Below, piece after piece: positions 12,911-26,830 of a stretch of 64,000 bases of DNA. Under the pieces are notes generated by a model. It did no database searches. It was not told the DNA's origin and was given only the letters and a program-made list of their open reading frames with translations. The position numbers were made by a program, and so were the translations under genes. Position 1 is the first letter of the stretch, and each line of letters starts with the position of its first letter. The stretch is from Perna viridis (Eukaryota): positions 4,650,001 through 4,714,000 of the forward strand of contig CM074518.1 of NCBI GenBank assembly GCA_037379345.1. The letters run 5' to 3'.

Positions 12911-13870
12911 ATATCAAATATCAAATATTTCATTGTCGTGTAAACATATTAATGTTTGTGCAAACAAAGGCCAACAACAAAATTAATCACAAATCATACA
13001 ATAATGACAAATGCAAATATGAGACTATTTAAAGTAGAATATGAACAATGTTATGCTTCTTCTACCCTCAGTTCTAATGACCGTTTCAAAAAGGAGCGGA
13101 TAAATTTTACATGTTCCTTAGAGGAGGGATTAAGTAGTTTAGATACAGTCATGTCTTCAAATTTCCAATTTAAATCTTTCTGAAGTTGATGTCTTAAGTT
13201 TTCATACAAATTACAGTGTATAAGGAAGTGTTCTTCAGTTTCAATAACATTGTAATGCTTACATCGTCGGTTTTACCTAGGAATGTTAAAATATCACCTC
13301 CCTTGATCTACTTCAAGATTGTGTTTGCTTTATCGTAATTTTGTAAAACATTTTCTTATGTAGAAGGCATGACTTAATTTTATATTTATACAGTGAAAGT
13401 TTGCTATTTTCATCATAGCTTTTTAATTTATTTTCCATAAGTAATCTATGTTTGTTTTCTACAGATCTTTTTATATGGATCTTTACAAGATTGACATCTT
13501 TAAAGTTTTTACAGTTTTCCATTTCTTGCAAGCTGTTATCTTCCTTAAATATGTTTTGTTATATATGTATACCAGGAATAAGTTCCCGAACTGTCTAGGG
13601 ATTTTGTCAATATGAAGACTTCTTTCAGGAGAGGATTAATTTTTTCAGTGTGGAGTCTTGCCAAATATACAAGAGACTGAGACAAAATAAAATGTTCCCA
13701 TAGGTAGACAACCTAGTTCGGCTCTTGCCGCAATATTTGATGCAGACTTTTTATGCCTAATATAAATTTACAAAAATTCAAATTATTTTTTCAAATGGGG
13801 TTTTATCAATAAATGAAAATAAGTCGACGGGATTTCCATTCTTTTTTCCTCTATTGATGGTCCAATGTAG
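12911..13870 (-). mobile_element. Decayed 3' fragment of an RTE-X-like LINE
   Basis: Remnants KTPFEK, SNIAARAELG and RCKHYNVIETEEHFLIHC; short (ATTTGAT)n-type tail near 12911. Confidence 0.65.
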
Positions 13871-16409
13871 GGCTACGTACCCATCCATAATATAAGTTAA
13901 GAATATAATTATCAAAAATGCATAAAAGATGTAATTCACAGTGTTGCAGTGGTGAGATCAGCCAAATGGCTGATAAATTTCTTTAGTTTAGCTGTTCTTG
14001 ACCCTGAAAATGTCAGTTATAGTTTGTTTTTTTTTTTTATAGATGACGCTACGTAACCGTGCAGTTGAGTAGTTTTCAGATTACGTCTCGACAACATACA
14101 TTGACGATTATAAATGCTATGTTTCCTCCGTCAATTTGGGCAGAGGTTCCTTCAACTAATCGCCAAACAAACAATAGACTAAGGTCTTTCATGCTCATTT
14201 TAACGAGCAATATCAATAATATTAAGATAGTTGTATTTTTTTCTGTATAAACTGGCGCATAGGGGTTATTGTCGCAAATGAGACGTTGCGCAAAAGGAGA
14301 TTCCCCCATTACTATAGTGTTTAGTTTAGCTCGGCACTTGAACTAATTGAAAGTAAAATTATATGTTTATTTTAGATGCTAACAAGTGTACTAGGTCAGA
14401 GTTTTATTCGATTGTTTTAGTGTCCTTTCGTCCAGTGTAATATTGGATTTGGCTTAGGTGTTCATACAAGCAGGTCATAAAATGATGTCACTGGTCCATT
14501 TTTTTTTGTTTTACTTTCTGTTATGAACTTCCACTTTTACATGATGCGCACTGCTTTGTATTTTTAGACAAGTTCAACTGTAGTTACATGTGATTTCCTG
14601 ACAAGTTATGTTTAAAAGCATCCCGTTGCGTTTCCTTTCTCTGGATGTGTGTCACTTTATAAGAGAATTGTTAATTTTTCTAAAAGTATCGACTGAAAGA
14701 AGTAGTAAAAAGAGGAAAGTTATGGAAAAGACAACATCAGGAACATGAAACAGAAAACAGACAGCATAGAAAGAACAAATTGTTCAACACAATAGAACCA
14801 AAGTAAATAATCAGCGCAAACCCTTCTAAAAGCTATCATTTTCCCTGTTTTTTTTTTTTGTATAGAGTATAGATTAATTTCAAGGAGTGAAATGTAGGTT
14901 CCCTCAACTAGGAACATAAACATGTGTTAGTAGTGGGTCGATGCAATAGTTCAGAGTATAATAATAGGTATCTATACTCTTGCAAAGAATTCATTTTAAT
15001 TAAAAATTTGTCACGCAGTAAACAGACGTGTCTGACCCCGAATTATATCAGATTTCATTTATAATTGTCAAAATTGGCAGTAGTACAAATTTCAAAATAC
15101 AAGTAACTAAAACACCGATCCTTCATTCTTTGTATTGCTCATGGTAGAAGCTCTCCATGGTGAATTTGGCTTCCAATGCTTTGAGTACTATTAGTATACA
15201 CTATTTTTTTTTAGATCTTCCCACATATTTGATTCTAATGCTGCTTATAAGATATTACTCCTTGAAACACATGTGCAGCTTATCCACAATTTCTATTGAC
15301 TTATGGCTTTCTTTTTTCTTGTTTTTCCCTTGTGACACACTTTCTATTAGTGGTGTTAAATGATGAAAACATGTTTTACCGCTGATTTTCAAAATCCTTG
15401 GATGTTTGAAAAGTTTAGGTGTGGATACAATTTAATTTGTGACGGACGGCCCGACGGACTGACAACTGATTATCGTGGTTTTCCCGCCAACAGTCAACAT
15501 AGTTGAAGCTACTGCTTCTTTTTTATAAGTTTTTGACTACTTCATCTAAATTTACAAAAATAAATATGCAACTGTTAAATCAGAGGGTAATTTTGTTAGT
15601 TATTTTAGAAACCAAATACACGTAGTATTATAAATTTTGAAATTTAAAGTAACACAAAACGAGTTTGGGGTAACAACAAAAATGTCGGCTCAAGAAATGG
15701 ACTTCAAAATGTTCTTTTATTGAAATTAATATAACGAGAATAGGTATGATGTATATGTCTAATAGATAACAACACCACCGAGATGAAAATGTCACCTCAA
15801 TTTTAGGACACTGCTTTAAAAATGAAAAGTTCTCTGATCCTTGAACTAATTATGCCCAAATACGTTACTCCGTAGGGATTCTTCCGTGAATTCACTTACA
15901 ACGGTGGACATGTAATTGCTATTAATGCACCCTTAAATATAAGCATTGCTGTTATGCCATACCGGCTAGACAAATTAAACTCGTATAGTACATAATAAAT
16001 TGGCCATTCCAACACTGAGCTTTGTTAACCACTATAAGTCATTTTGAAAAGTTAACAAATACGAATATCTAATCTAAATAACATTTTGTATAAATTATGC
16101 GAGATTGTTTCTCCTTTTTTGTCTTTAGCAGTATGCTCCCACAATCCAATTATTCGCATCTTAACATTGACATTGTCTACTTCATTTTTTCCAACATAAT
16201 TATATTACAATTATATTACAAGTTACTGTATTAGTGTGGTGTTAAATGTGATTCTTCAATATCAATGTTGTTATACCGTTATACTTATGGCACTGCTCAC
16301 TTTAAAAAAATGGTTTTACCTATGCAATGAACTGTGAATAAAAAATGTTTTCCTATCCGCTTAAAGAAGTTCGGTTTTTTTTTTGGTAAAATGAACTTGT
16401 GATCAGTAG

Positions 16410-17360
16410 TTTAGTTTATGACAATTTATTTGCTCAACTAGAACAAATGGGATAGGACACAAGTTAGTCAAAAAAAAGTCTTCTCCCGTGAATAATATTT
16501 CTTACAATATTACACAGAGCATACTACAAGGATATACAGTAATGACATGCACAAGAAAAAAAGAAGAAAACAACTAATATCAATTGGGTAAATAAAATAC
16601 CCAAACAAAAGATTAACAAATACATATAGCTTGTGCGTGGACCCGACGTCTCCAAGTATTTTAGGACACGTTTCGATTTCTTGATAAATTTTAGAACTTC
16701 TTCTACGATTGCTACATTCATTTCGTTTGTAAGATCCTGATGGGCACTTAAGAGAATACTACTTTTTATTTCTATGGGCAGCCAATTCAGTTTATGAATA
16801 GGGTCGTTTCAGATATCATTGTCGAAAGGACAGACAAAGAAGAAATGATTTACATCCTCATTTTAGCACCACATTTACACGCTGGGCTAGACACTATGTT
16901 AATTTTAGCAAGATCTTCATTTACAAACGAAGCCGAACAATGGAGTTGCGAGAGTATTATGTTGTTTTCGTGGGCCATAAGATTTATAGGAAGGCCTAGT
17001 TATTTTTGAGGATTTCTCTTTTAGTGCTGCCTTGAATTTTGAAAGAGAGCCTAGATCGAGAACGGATGGGTCAAGTTTATTCCATGCTTCAATAGCAGAA
17101 GGAATGAACGATTCAGATGTTAATGACAAAATGGTAGTTAAATCCTTGCCGTTTCTCAATGGATACAAAGTTAAACTTAAGTAGGTACAAGGTTATTGAG
17201 ATAGTTGGGTGCTTTATTATTGACAATGTTGTAAAATGTTGAAAAGCAGTTTTCTACGCTTTCTTCTTTCCGAGAATGGCTCCCAGCCTGTTACAGAGTA
17301 CAAAAATTGTTTCTGTAAATATCGTCAACCCTGTAACAATTCTAGCAGCATCAAGCTTTA
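16410..17360 (-). mobile_element. Decayed 3' fragment of a CR1-like LINE
   Basis: SFIPSAIEAWNKL (ORF 16917-17168) and SSPACKCGAKNEDVNHFFFVC remnant. Confidence 0.7.
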
Positions 17361-17671
17361 GTTCGATATGTCAGTACACATCGATGATACGCTGCATGTG
17401 TCTGGATGTCGGTATCATTTAGTCATCTAGGTACTTTCAACAAGATGCTTTTTGAAATTTCTTCAAAATTTTCGTCTGGAAAAAAAACATCTGAAAAGTT
17501 TTAAAAGTATAAAGGTGAAAACTAAAAGGATAAAGATCATAGCGTTTCTACATTTCGTCTTAATAATTTAAGATTTTATCTTTGTACCCTCAACTTTCAT
17601 CTAAATATTTTAGTTTTCATCTTATTATCCGAAATCCGACCTATAGATTAAAAACTAAATTTGTCTATAAA

Positions 17672-19603
17672 TAAATTTGTATAACTGTCCTCTGAAGCAG
17701 ATCAGTCCAACGATCATATAATGTACATGTTGGGCTGACCACTGGTCTACACCTTTATCATAACTGTCCCGTTTGTATAACTGTCCTCTGTAACAGATCA
17801 GTCCAACAATCATATAATGTACATGTTGGACTGACGACTAGTTTACACCTTCATCAGAACTGTCCCGTTTGTATAACTGCCCTATGTAACAGTTCAGTCC
17901 AACGATCATATATTGTACAGTTTGGACTGGTGGTTGGTCCACACCTATATCATATATGTTCCATTGAAATAATGGTCTTTGTGACAGATCAGTCCAATGA
18001 TCATGTAATGTACCTTTTGGACTAGTGATTTGTCTACACCTATACTATATCTGTCCCACTGATATTATTGTTCTTTGTGTGTCCTAAAGTAGAAAAAAGC
18101 AGCATTATGTTTTGAAATATCTAATCCCACACAGAAGCCTTTTCACATTCAAAATGTTCAAAAATTCATTTCGTGCTACCCAACTTCCACTATTGTTTGT
18201 ATACCCTCAACATTTTGGCTTGGACACTATTTTAGTGCAAACTAACTTGTTGAATGTAAAATGTTTTCGAAAATAAAATGGCAGGTGTTTCTAGTAAAGT
18301 AGAGGATGCTTACCCTACCGATGCACCTAGCCTATGCTTCCAGTTTTTGGTGGAGTCTGAGTTGACTATTTGCTTAAAATGTAATGTGTTATTTCATGTT
18401 CTTTGTATTGTGTGTCTGTTCCCATGTTAAAGTCTTTATCCCTGGATTATATTCGTCTGATTTCTGCTCAAATTTTGGTTCCCTTGACTACCTTGGCCCT
18501 CTTACTCACTTGAGTACCTAGTTTTTTTTTGGTGGTAGCAGAAAACAAAAATGTTAATTGTTTTTGTGCCTTAAATAAGCTTTGAAAAAAAAATTTCAGT
18601 CCAACAAATTAAAACCAAAAAAAGCAAGTTCTATTTATTGAAAACAACAAATAAAAAGTATCAATCCATCCTCTGAAGAACAAAGCATGTGAGTATGCTG
18701 GTGTGTCTCTAAAATAATGCAAAAAAAATCCTCAATCTCATTTTTAAAAACTAATTCTTCTTGTCTTGGTATGCATGTAATTTAGTTAGCATAATGTTAG
18801 GTCTGTAGTAATGTTTCTGTACTGCACATAACCAGAGAGTCAAACTTTAACCCCTGTTATTGTCCATCTGTCAATTTCCTGTTGCATTTTCTAATTTGGC
18901 GGGTTTGAAGTGTGTTATAATACAAAATTCCTCAGCCTAAAATTCTCAGTATATGTCTGCTGATGGAACAAAATTTAAAATAAAAAAATAGAGAAAAAAT
19001 TATCTTAGAAAGCAAACATAAAAAATACTATGAATATAAAAATGAGCTCCATGCACATTTTAAATTACAAATTTACTCATAATTATCAATTAATACAGTT
19101 CAACATTCCTAAAATCATGGAAAGGAAATCAAAATGTACATTAGGGATTCATGTCTCTAACCTCTACATAACATTAACCTTAGGGTACAAATATCTACTG
19201 ATATATTGATAGAATTCAGGTGTAGTCTCAAGTTGTCATCATATTTATTCCATATTTTATACATCAGAGATCTTTTATATTATATAAGATATCTTAAATA
19301 ATATAAGAGACTTTGTTAATAAATTAATATATATGAGACATAAATTATATAAGAAATCTCACATAATTTGTGAACGATGTACAGCAAGCCGTTTTCATAT
19401 TAATTCCATATTTTAGAATATTTAATTATACTAAATAAGATATCTCATATATAAGAGATATCTTATATAGTATATGAAATTTAAGTTTCACATGTAAAAG
19501 ATATGTGATTTATTATACTGAATGAGGTATCTAAAATATGGAATAAATATGAAAGTTGCTTATCATATTTTACACCCCAACCTGAAATCGTGGATCAACC
19601 CAG
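17672..19603. repeat. Right arm of the long inverted duplication
   Basis: Reverse complement of 10707-11533 (including the 96-bp units), then of 2555-3546; carries an extra PLE 3' fragment at ~18280-18490. Confidence 0.85.
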
Positions 19604-21175
19604 CATTTCAATTATAATTGAATTGTAAATATCAATAATTGAATTGTAAATATTCATAATTTTATTATTATTATTCATAATTGAATTATAAATATTATTA
19701 AATGATTTATAAATATTTATAAATGAAATATAAATATTTGTAATTTTTATAAATATGAATACATAGATATGTAGAATTTGTGAGCTTGAATTTGCACTTG
19801 CAGTTATTATTAAAAAAAATGCTTATGTTACCAAATATATGTACCAGTATTATCCACATTGGCGGACAGATCAATATTTTTTTAAATAAGGGAAGGGATA
19901 CTCTAGTGATTTTCAGTATTTACTTCATAATCAATCTAACTTTTTTATGAATAAACTAAAAGGGGGTAGGCTTCTGGTCTAATCCCAAAAGGGATTAGCT
20001 TCTGGTCCTACAACCTCTTAGAATCGTCTTTGGTCCAGAATAGATAAACGTACATGTAATTGTAAACCCTGTAGATTGAATTACATATAAAGGGGATAAA
20101 AACAATCCAGTAAGAAAAAACCATTATTCAAACTTTCCATCATAAAAGTGCTCAATTTTTTCGTATGTTAACTCGAACTTATTTGATCATCATCGGACAG
20201 TATACGCCGAACGCCGACAACCCCCTTAAAATGTTTTTTTTTGTACAAAAACATAGTTTTAACACATGGTTTCAGTGAAACAAAATCTTAGGCCAAAAAT
20301 AAAAATACGTGTATTTCCCCTCGTCCTGACCGGGTGAAAAAAGGCGCCGGGTGAAAAAATGGTTTTTTTTATTTCCGTAAAATAATCGTGTCTGATCCCT
20401 GTCGGCTTTGGATATTACTTTAGTTAATTTCGGAACTCACTGGCATTTATCTATCCAATGTATCGGTATTACTTTGAAAGATTGACGACAAAAGTGCAAT
20501 GTCGCCAACTGTTAGAATCAAGTACAAGCAATCTTCAAAAGTTGTTCCGATCGTAGTTAATAGAATGTACTTTTTTTTTTTTCAAAACAATGTACTTGGC
20601 ATGACGTGCTATAGGATCTAACCATGGATGATGAACACGAGGTCATCGTCACTGTCAAACTAACAAACGGAGTTACCTTCCAGAGAAAAAAGAATGGAAA
20701 TCAAAACACGAGATATAATGTCCAAATCAATTCACGAAAAGTATTTATTTCATTTCTTTAAAATAATTAAAAATGAAATAAAATAATTAAACGTTATTGT
20801 TAAAAAAATGTCACATTTTCTTTTTTTTTTTTTTGAACAACTTTATTCAGAAAAACACTCAGCCGTAGTTCATGCTACGGAACAGGAGCGAATATATATA
20901 TACAGTTTACAATGGAAACAAAATGAGTAGACAACAGACAATATTTTTAAATACACAAAAACAAAATACACTAATTCAATGTCACACAAATGTATTGAAA
21001 TTCAAAAGTACATTTAGCCTTATCATCACCGGAAATTATATCACGTGGTTTATATTTTACAACACGTTTATAAAAGAAAGTCAAACTCTCATATAGGTTT
21101 AACGGATTAATGTGACAATATGTGTACTAGTTTACAATTTAAAAAAATATATGTATATATGGGACTACTGTGTGC

Positions 21176-24100
21176 CTACAAAAGTTTTGCAACTTTTGCG
21201 ATGAAGATAGAAAAGTTAGTCAATACATTTGTGTTACAATACATTATCATTCGATACAATTTATTAATATTCGGATTGGCTGTATAGTAACCTGGAATAT
21301 ACTTATTTCTAAGTTCGGTTACAAGATCATGATTGCACAAAGCAAGATAATGAAACTCATCCCCCAGACCTGTTCGACATAAAGTGCAGACCCGTTCATG
21401 TTGTGGTGTTCCGTACCATCTTCCTGTTTCCATAGGAAATTTTATATTGCATGTTCGAAGTTTACATATAAGTGTTCTGTGATATTTTTTGAGTCTCAGT
21501 AAGTATGGCTCGAGACGAAACTCAATTTTAAACTTCGAATAAAAATTTCCTCTGGACGAAGCATCAATATCAGAATACCATTTCTGTATGAACTGGTCTT
21601 GTAAGACCTGTTTCACAAGAAGTTTAAGAAAATTGATATTAACATTCCCTTGTATATTCCAAATTTCACTACATCCAATATCATCAAAACTTGATTTTAT
21701 GTAACATATCCATTTGAAAGATCGATCACCGTTTTCATACATATTGAACATAAGATTATACAATTTACCAGATAATTTATCTGTGTTATTTACAAGTTTA
21801 AACCAGAAACATATCATTTTAAGCTTGATGCTGATTTCAATAGGGTATCGTCCTAACTCTCCATACACCAAAAAATTTGGAGTAGATGAACGGAAATTTA
21901 GGATTTTCTTGCAAAATTGAAGTTGAATTTTTTCTATATTTGACTTATTTTCAAAGCCCCATATTTCTGAAGAATAGGTTAAAATAGGGGCTACTAATGA
22001 GTCAAGTAATTTCAATTGCAAATCTATGGGAATACTTATGTTATTTACCTTGTAATAAAAAGCATAAAGAGTTTTTTGTGCCTGCTCTACGAGTTTGTTT
22101 CTGGACTTATAAAAATTACCATTATAATTGAATATAAGACCCAGATATGTATACGAATCACATATTTCTATATTCTGCTCAAAAATATTAAAATGTACCC
22201 TTCTAGTAGATTTCCGCTTAGAAAAAATTATAATTTTTGTTTTTGAAACGTTCACAGTCAGCTTCCAAGTTGCACAATATTGTTCAAATACATCTAAAGC
22301 AGTTTATAATTCCTCAGGTGTATCCGCAAAAATTACAGTGTCATCTGCATATAGAAGTATAAACAATTTAATATAAAATCCTATATTTTCTAAACTTTTT
22401 GTATCTAGATATTGTAAACTTGAAATAGAGTTTTCGGTAAAAAACTCTTCCAGATCGTTTAGATACAAGGCAAACAGAAATGGAGAGAGTTTTTCCCCTT
22501 GACGAACCCCTATTTCACATGGGAAATATTCTGTTTTAAGTTCTCCCATTTTAACACATGATTTAATATTAGTGTACATGTTCAAAATAACATTAAACAC
22601 TTTCCCACTAATATTATTTTTTAATAATTTTTGAAATAATCCAACTCTCCAAACTGTGTCAAAAGCTTTCCTGAAATCAATGAAAGCACAGTACAATTTT
22701 TTACCTGATAAAAGATATAGAGAAATGAGGGAGTGAAGAATAAATATATTGTCCTGTGCACTATAACCTTTCCTGAAACCACCTTGAGAGTCAGATATAA
22801 GTCGAAACTCATCAGACATCTTATTGAGTCTAATGTTTATCACAGAGGTAAACACTTTACCCAAGTTGGATGTAAGACAAATTGCTCTATAATTATCTAA
22901 ATCATCCCGATCACCTTTGTTTTTGTATATGGGTTTAATAATTCCAGACAACCAAGTATCAGGTATCAAGCCCGTATCCAAAACAATATTGAACAATTTT
23001 ACATATATTGGCAACATATTGGCAATAGAACTTTTTATAAATTCATTGACAATTTCATCGTCACCTGACGCTTTACCATTTTTTTAAGATTTAATTGCCA
23101 ACTTGATTTCATCTTCAGTAATAGGACAATCCAAAATGGCAATCACATCTTCATCAACATTAAAACTATCAGCATCAGGATCAAACTCTGTATCATCGTC
23201 ATTTCATTTAACGATTTAAAGTATTCGTACAATTGCTCAGTAGTGATTTTATTATGAGCATTTGTTCCTCCTTTTCTTACTCGATTCAAAATTTTCCAAA
23301 GTTTTTTTGAATCTTTCTTGGAGGTTAGACGTAAATCTTGTTCGAATCTGTGCTGATAGTTTTTGTAACTCGTATTCATTTGCGATTTGTACTGTTTACT
23401 CGCATTTTTAAGAGCCTTCCGGTTTTCTCTATTCTTAATAAAACTATACCGAATCCGTGCCTTATGAAATTTTGCACGTGATTCGGCACACTTTTTATCG
23501 AACCAAACTTTATGATTTTCTTTTTCGGTACTACGGCGCTTTGGTTTGCCAAATGAAGACAATGCCGATTTTTTAAACAAAGCAGCAATTTGACGGACAA
23601 CTTCGTTTAAACTATCAACAAACACTTCACCTTGACCCTGTGACCGAATTTCTTCCATTTTTGTTTGTAACTCAGTTAGACATGTGACGTCATTATTAAT
23701 CGATTCAATAAAGCGGTTCTCCTTATAACTCACCCATCTAGGGACATGCGTAGGTGGAGGCGTGGGATTTATAGTAACTGTGCGCACTGAAGCATTGAGA
23801 CAAAACGTAATACAATTATGTACGTCAGAAAATAACGGATCAAAGTCATTCACATTAAAAGAACTAAACAATTCAAAACAATGCGAAGACAATAATACAT
23901 AGTCAATTAATGAAACATTTTTACAAGTTTTAATACCGACTTGGTAGTCATTTCCTGGTAATCTACCATTACCTATATACAAATTATTTCTTTTACAAAA
24001 CTCAATCAATTTATACCCAAAATTATTTGGAGCTGACTGATCTGTAGAATACCTTTGTAAAGGAATATTTATTTTGTATTAACACCTGATAATCATATAC

Positions 24101-24698
24101 ATAAGACAATAGGTCATCATCATCTACAATTTCATCTAATATTTCAAAGAGAGAGTCTTCTGGTATAACCACATCATTCAGAAGCTTAGTTTTAGCAATC
24201 ACCAACAAGACAGACATTACAATCTGTTTTACTGTTTAACACCAACATTTCATTTTCTATATCTGTAAATGCTTCATTAGAAGCATACTTAGTATTTTCA
24301 GGAGGTATATAAATTCCACCCAATAATAAATTTTTGTCAGTACTCGAAATTTCTGATTGGATTTCCACCCACTGAACAAAATCACAATTTGTAATATGAA
24401 ATTTTAAAAAATCTTTTAGCCCTTCTCGATAAACAATTACAATTCCACCTGATTTCTTTACAAATTTCGACCTATATTTTGAAAAACATAAATAACCTTT
24501 TGGCAAATTGCCTTCAATATCATCATAACTATCAGTTTTTGTTTCTACAAAAATTAAAATGTCATTTGTCTTTATTAAATTACAAAATTCTGGACACAAC
24601 AATTTGGACTTGAGCCCACAGACATTTAAACACGATACGTGTATGTTTTTTAACACATCACTACCAACGTTGACAGTTCGACTCCTGTTAGCGAGTTC
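21176..24698 (-). pseudogene. LINE ORF2: APE endonuclease, reverse transcriptase and C-terminal Cys/His domain, several frameshifts
   Basis: LNVCGL, ETK, SGG, YIPP, GD, SLIDY and SDVH endonuclease motifs; NYRAI, FIDFRKAFD, GVRQG and LYADD RT motifs; GELGRYP; ETGRW..CTLC..DEFHYL..C. Confidence 0.95.
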
Positions 24699-25918
24699 CT
24701 AGCTGCCCCCAGCGGGAGGGGGGATGCAAAAGTCACCACGTTGGTTTCCGGGCTGACCAAAGAATTGCGGAGGTGGTTCCCTGGACACTTGAGTTGGAGG
24801 AGGTATAGTAGGTTGTCTACTAGTAGATGGACGTTGATTGTCCATAGGAAATGCCTGTTCATTAAGGGGGTTGTTGACTAACTGGTTCCCAACGTACAGT
24901 TTATCCAATACTAGTCGTACATTACGATTACCCTGCTGCTTAAGCTCAATCATTTTCGGGATAAGTTCTTTTCTCCTGTTGCTTATTTCAGTGGGGTATT
25001 GTTGGAAAACTGCAACGCCCCTTCTCCCTTTGAGTTTATCAATGGCAGCTGACCTTACCCGTTCATGGTCACTATACTTAGCAAACTTGGCAATAATGTT
25101 CCTGGGCTTTCTGTCAACCCTTTGTCTAAGCCTATGAACATTACAGAATTCAATATTTTGAGCATTGTCAATACCAAGTTCAGTATGTATAAAGTTTTTA
25201 ACAACCTCTTCTGCATTTTCATTTTCAGGATCTCGGGACTCCTCAATGCCATTAAAAATGAGGTTATATTTCATTGAGTGAGCCTGCATTTCAAGAAGTT
25301 TTTCCTGTAGCATACCATTTTCAAACACAAGTTTATCTCTTTCAGTTTCTAAGCCAGATACCCTGTTTTCAACTAAATTATAATGGAATTCCTCATTAGT
25401 TAATCTATCTGATTGCTGTTTTAAATCATGCCTTATATCTTTTATTTCACAGTTTATTTTGGTAAAATGTGATTCCATAGCTGACACTCTGGCAATAATA
25501 AGTTCATCTAGCTTATCAAGTTTATTCAACCTTGTATTCATGAAGTTTATGGTTTCTAGAATTGTTTGTAGTGTGGAACTATCACATGTAGATATGGGTT
25601 GCTGATGAGTAGGTTGTTGAACTTGAAGAGAGTTATGTATAGGCAAATTTGGTACACTTGGGCCTGGCAGATGTTGAGTTCGTTGAACATGGGTGTAGTA
25701 GAAAAATTGCTTATAGGTGTGCTATGTTGCTGTTGTTGAATGGAGGGATGAAACATGGTTGGATTGGTACTTCTAACACCGTAAATAGACTCATTTGCAT
25801 TCGCAATGACTTGAGATAGCTCGGGTGAACTAATGTTTACATTCGGTATGGGCGCCGCCATATTGCTATCGGGTGGGGTCTGAGTACTTTTTGATTTCCT
25901 TTTTCTCTTACGTGCCAT
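24699..25918 (-). pseudogene. LINE ORF1: basic N-terminus, coiled coil and L1-type RRM; one frameshift near 25646
   Basis: MARKRKRKSKS start; heptad-rich region; NLIFNGIEE and HRLR..KPRNIIAKF typical of L1-like ORF1p. Confidence 0.85.
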
Positions 25919-26420
25919 AGAATAAATCCACAAAAATGTCTCATTTGATATTCATATTGATAACAAAAGCACATGATGTTATAAGATAATAGATATCTAA
26001 CCAAAAAAGTATGATATATAAAACATATTGACGGAGCTCTAACTCGTCCGTCCACTCACTTCGCCTCCATTTCTCCATTTTTCTGAACGGGGAATAACCA
26101 TGCCAAATCAGCCGTGACGTTAAATATCGAACATTTGAAAACTTCATCCAAGCGATATAGTTTTATTTGTTAAATTTTCGATCAATAGTGTACGTGATGT
26201 ATAAATATCGGTATGCTGTAGACCTATTTCAGAGAGTACCGTTTCATCAGCATCAAAAAATGCAGTTAAGAGTGTTGATTCTATTTGAATTCATATTCTT
26301 TGAATTAAAGTATATACAACATACTAGTATATTAAAACATATGGTTTTCATATGCTATAGGCCTAAAGGTATATTGGGATAACAGTCGTCATATAAACCT
26401 TTCTATCCTAATTTCACTGA

Positions 26421-26830
26421 AGGCACGAAACCACAATTAATTTTCCCACTATCTTCTTTATAGCCTTCCTGTAATTTAAAAAAAATACCACCAGCGCAAT
26501 TCAATTAAGATTTTCAGGGATGTTAATTTGAACCTTCCAACAACTTATATACAAAATAAAAAAAAATTACCATAATTGTTTCAATTTATATGCATAAACA
26601 CAGAGATATCCTAAAAAATGACCCAAAATGGCTTCCGGATGCCACAAACTTGACCTTTTTTGACCTCACCAAATCACAACCTAAATGTAAAATTTCTCAT
26701 TTCAACACATCTACTAAAATAATTTCATTATTCCTCTTCCATTTGAGCACAAAAAGTATGAGAAATTCTTAAAAGAAGTATTTGAAAAATCCGCAATTAT
26801 CATAGGAACTATAATTGTGGTCTCGTACCT
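26421..26830. mobile_element. MITE (~410 bp)
   Basis: TIRs aggcacgaaaccacaatta / taattgtggtctcgtacct. Confidence 0.6.

Larger units (their letters stand above)
20821..26075 (-). mobile_element. Near full-length non-LTR retrotransposon (RTE-X-like), ORF1 + ORF2 + poly(A)
   Basis: Poly(A) at 20821-20834 with AATAAA at ~20842-20847; both ORFs present; 5' boundary approximate; no convincing TSD found. Confidence 0.9.
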
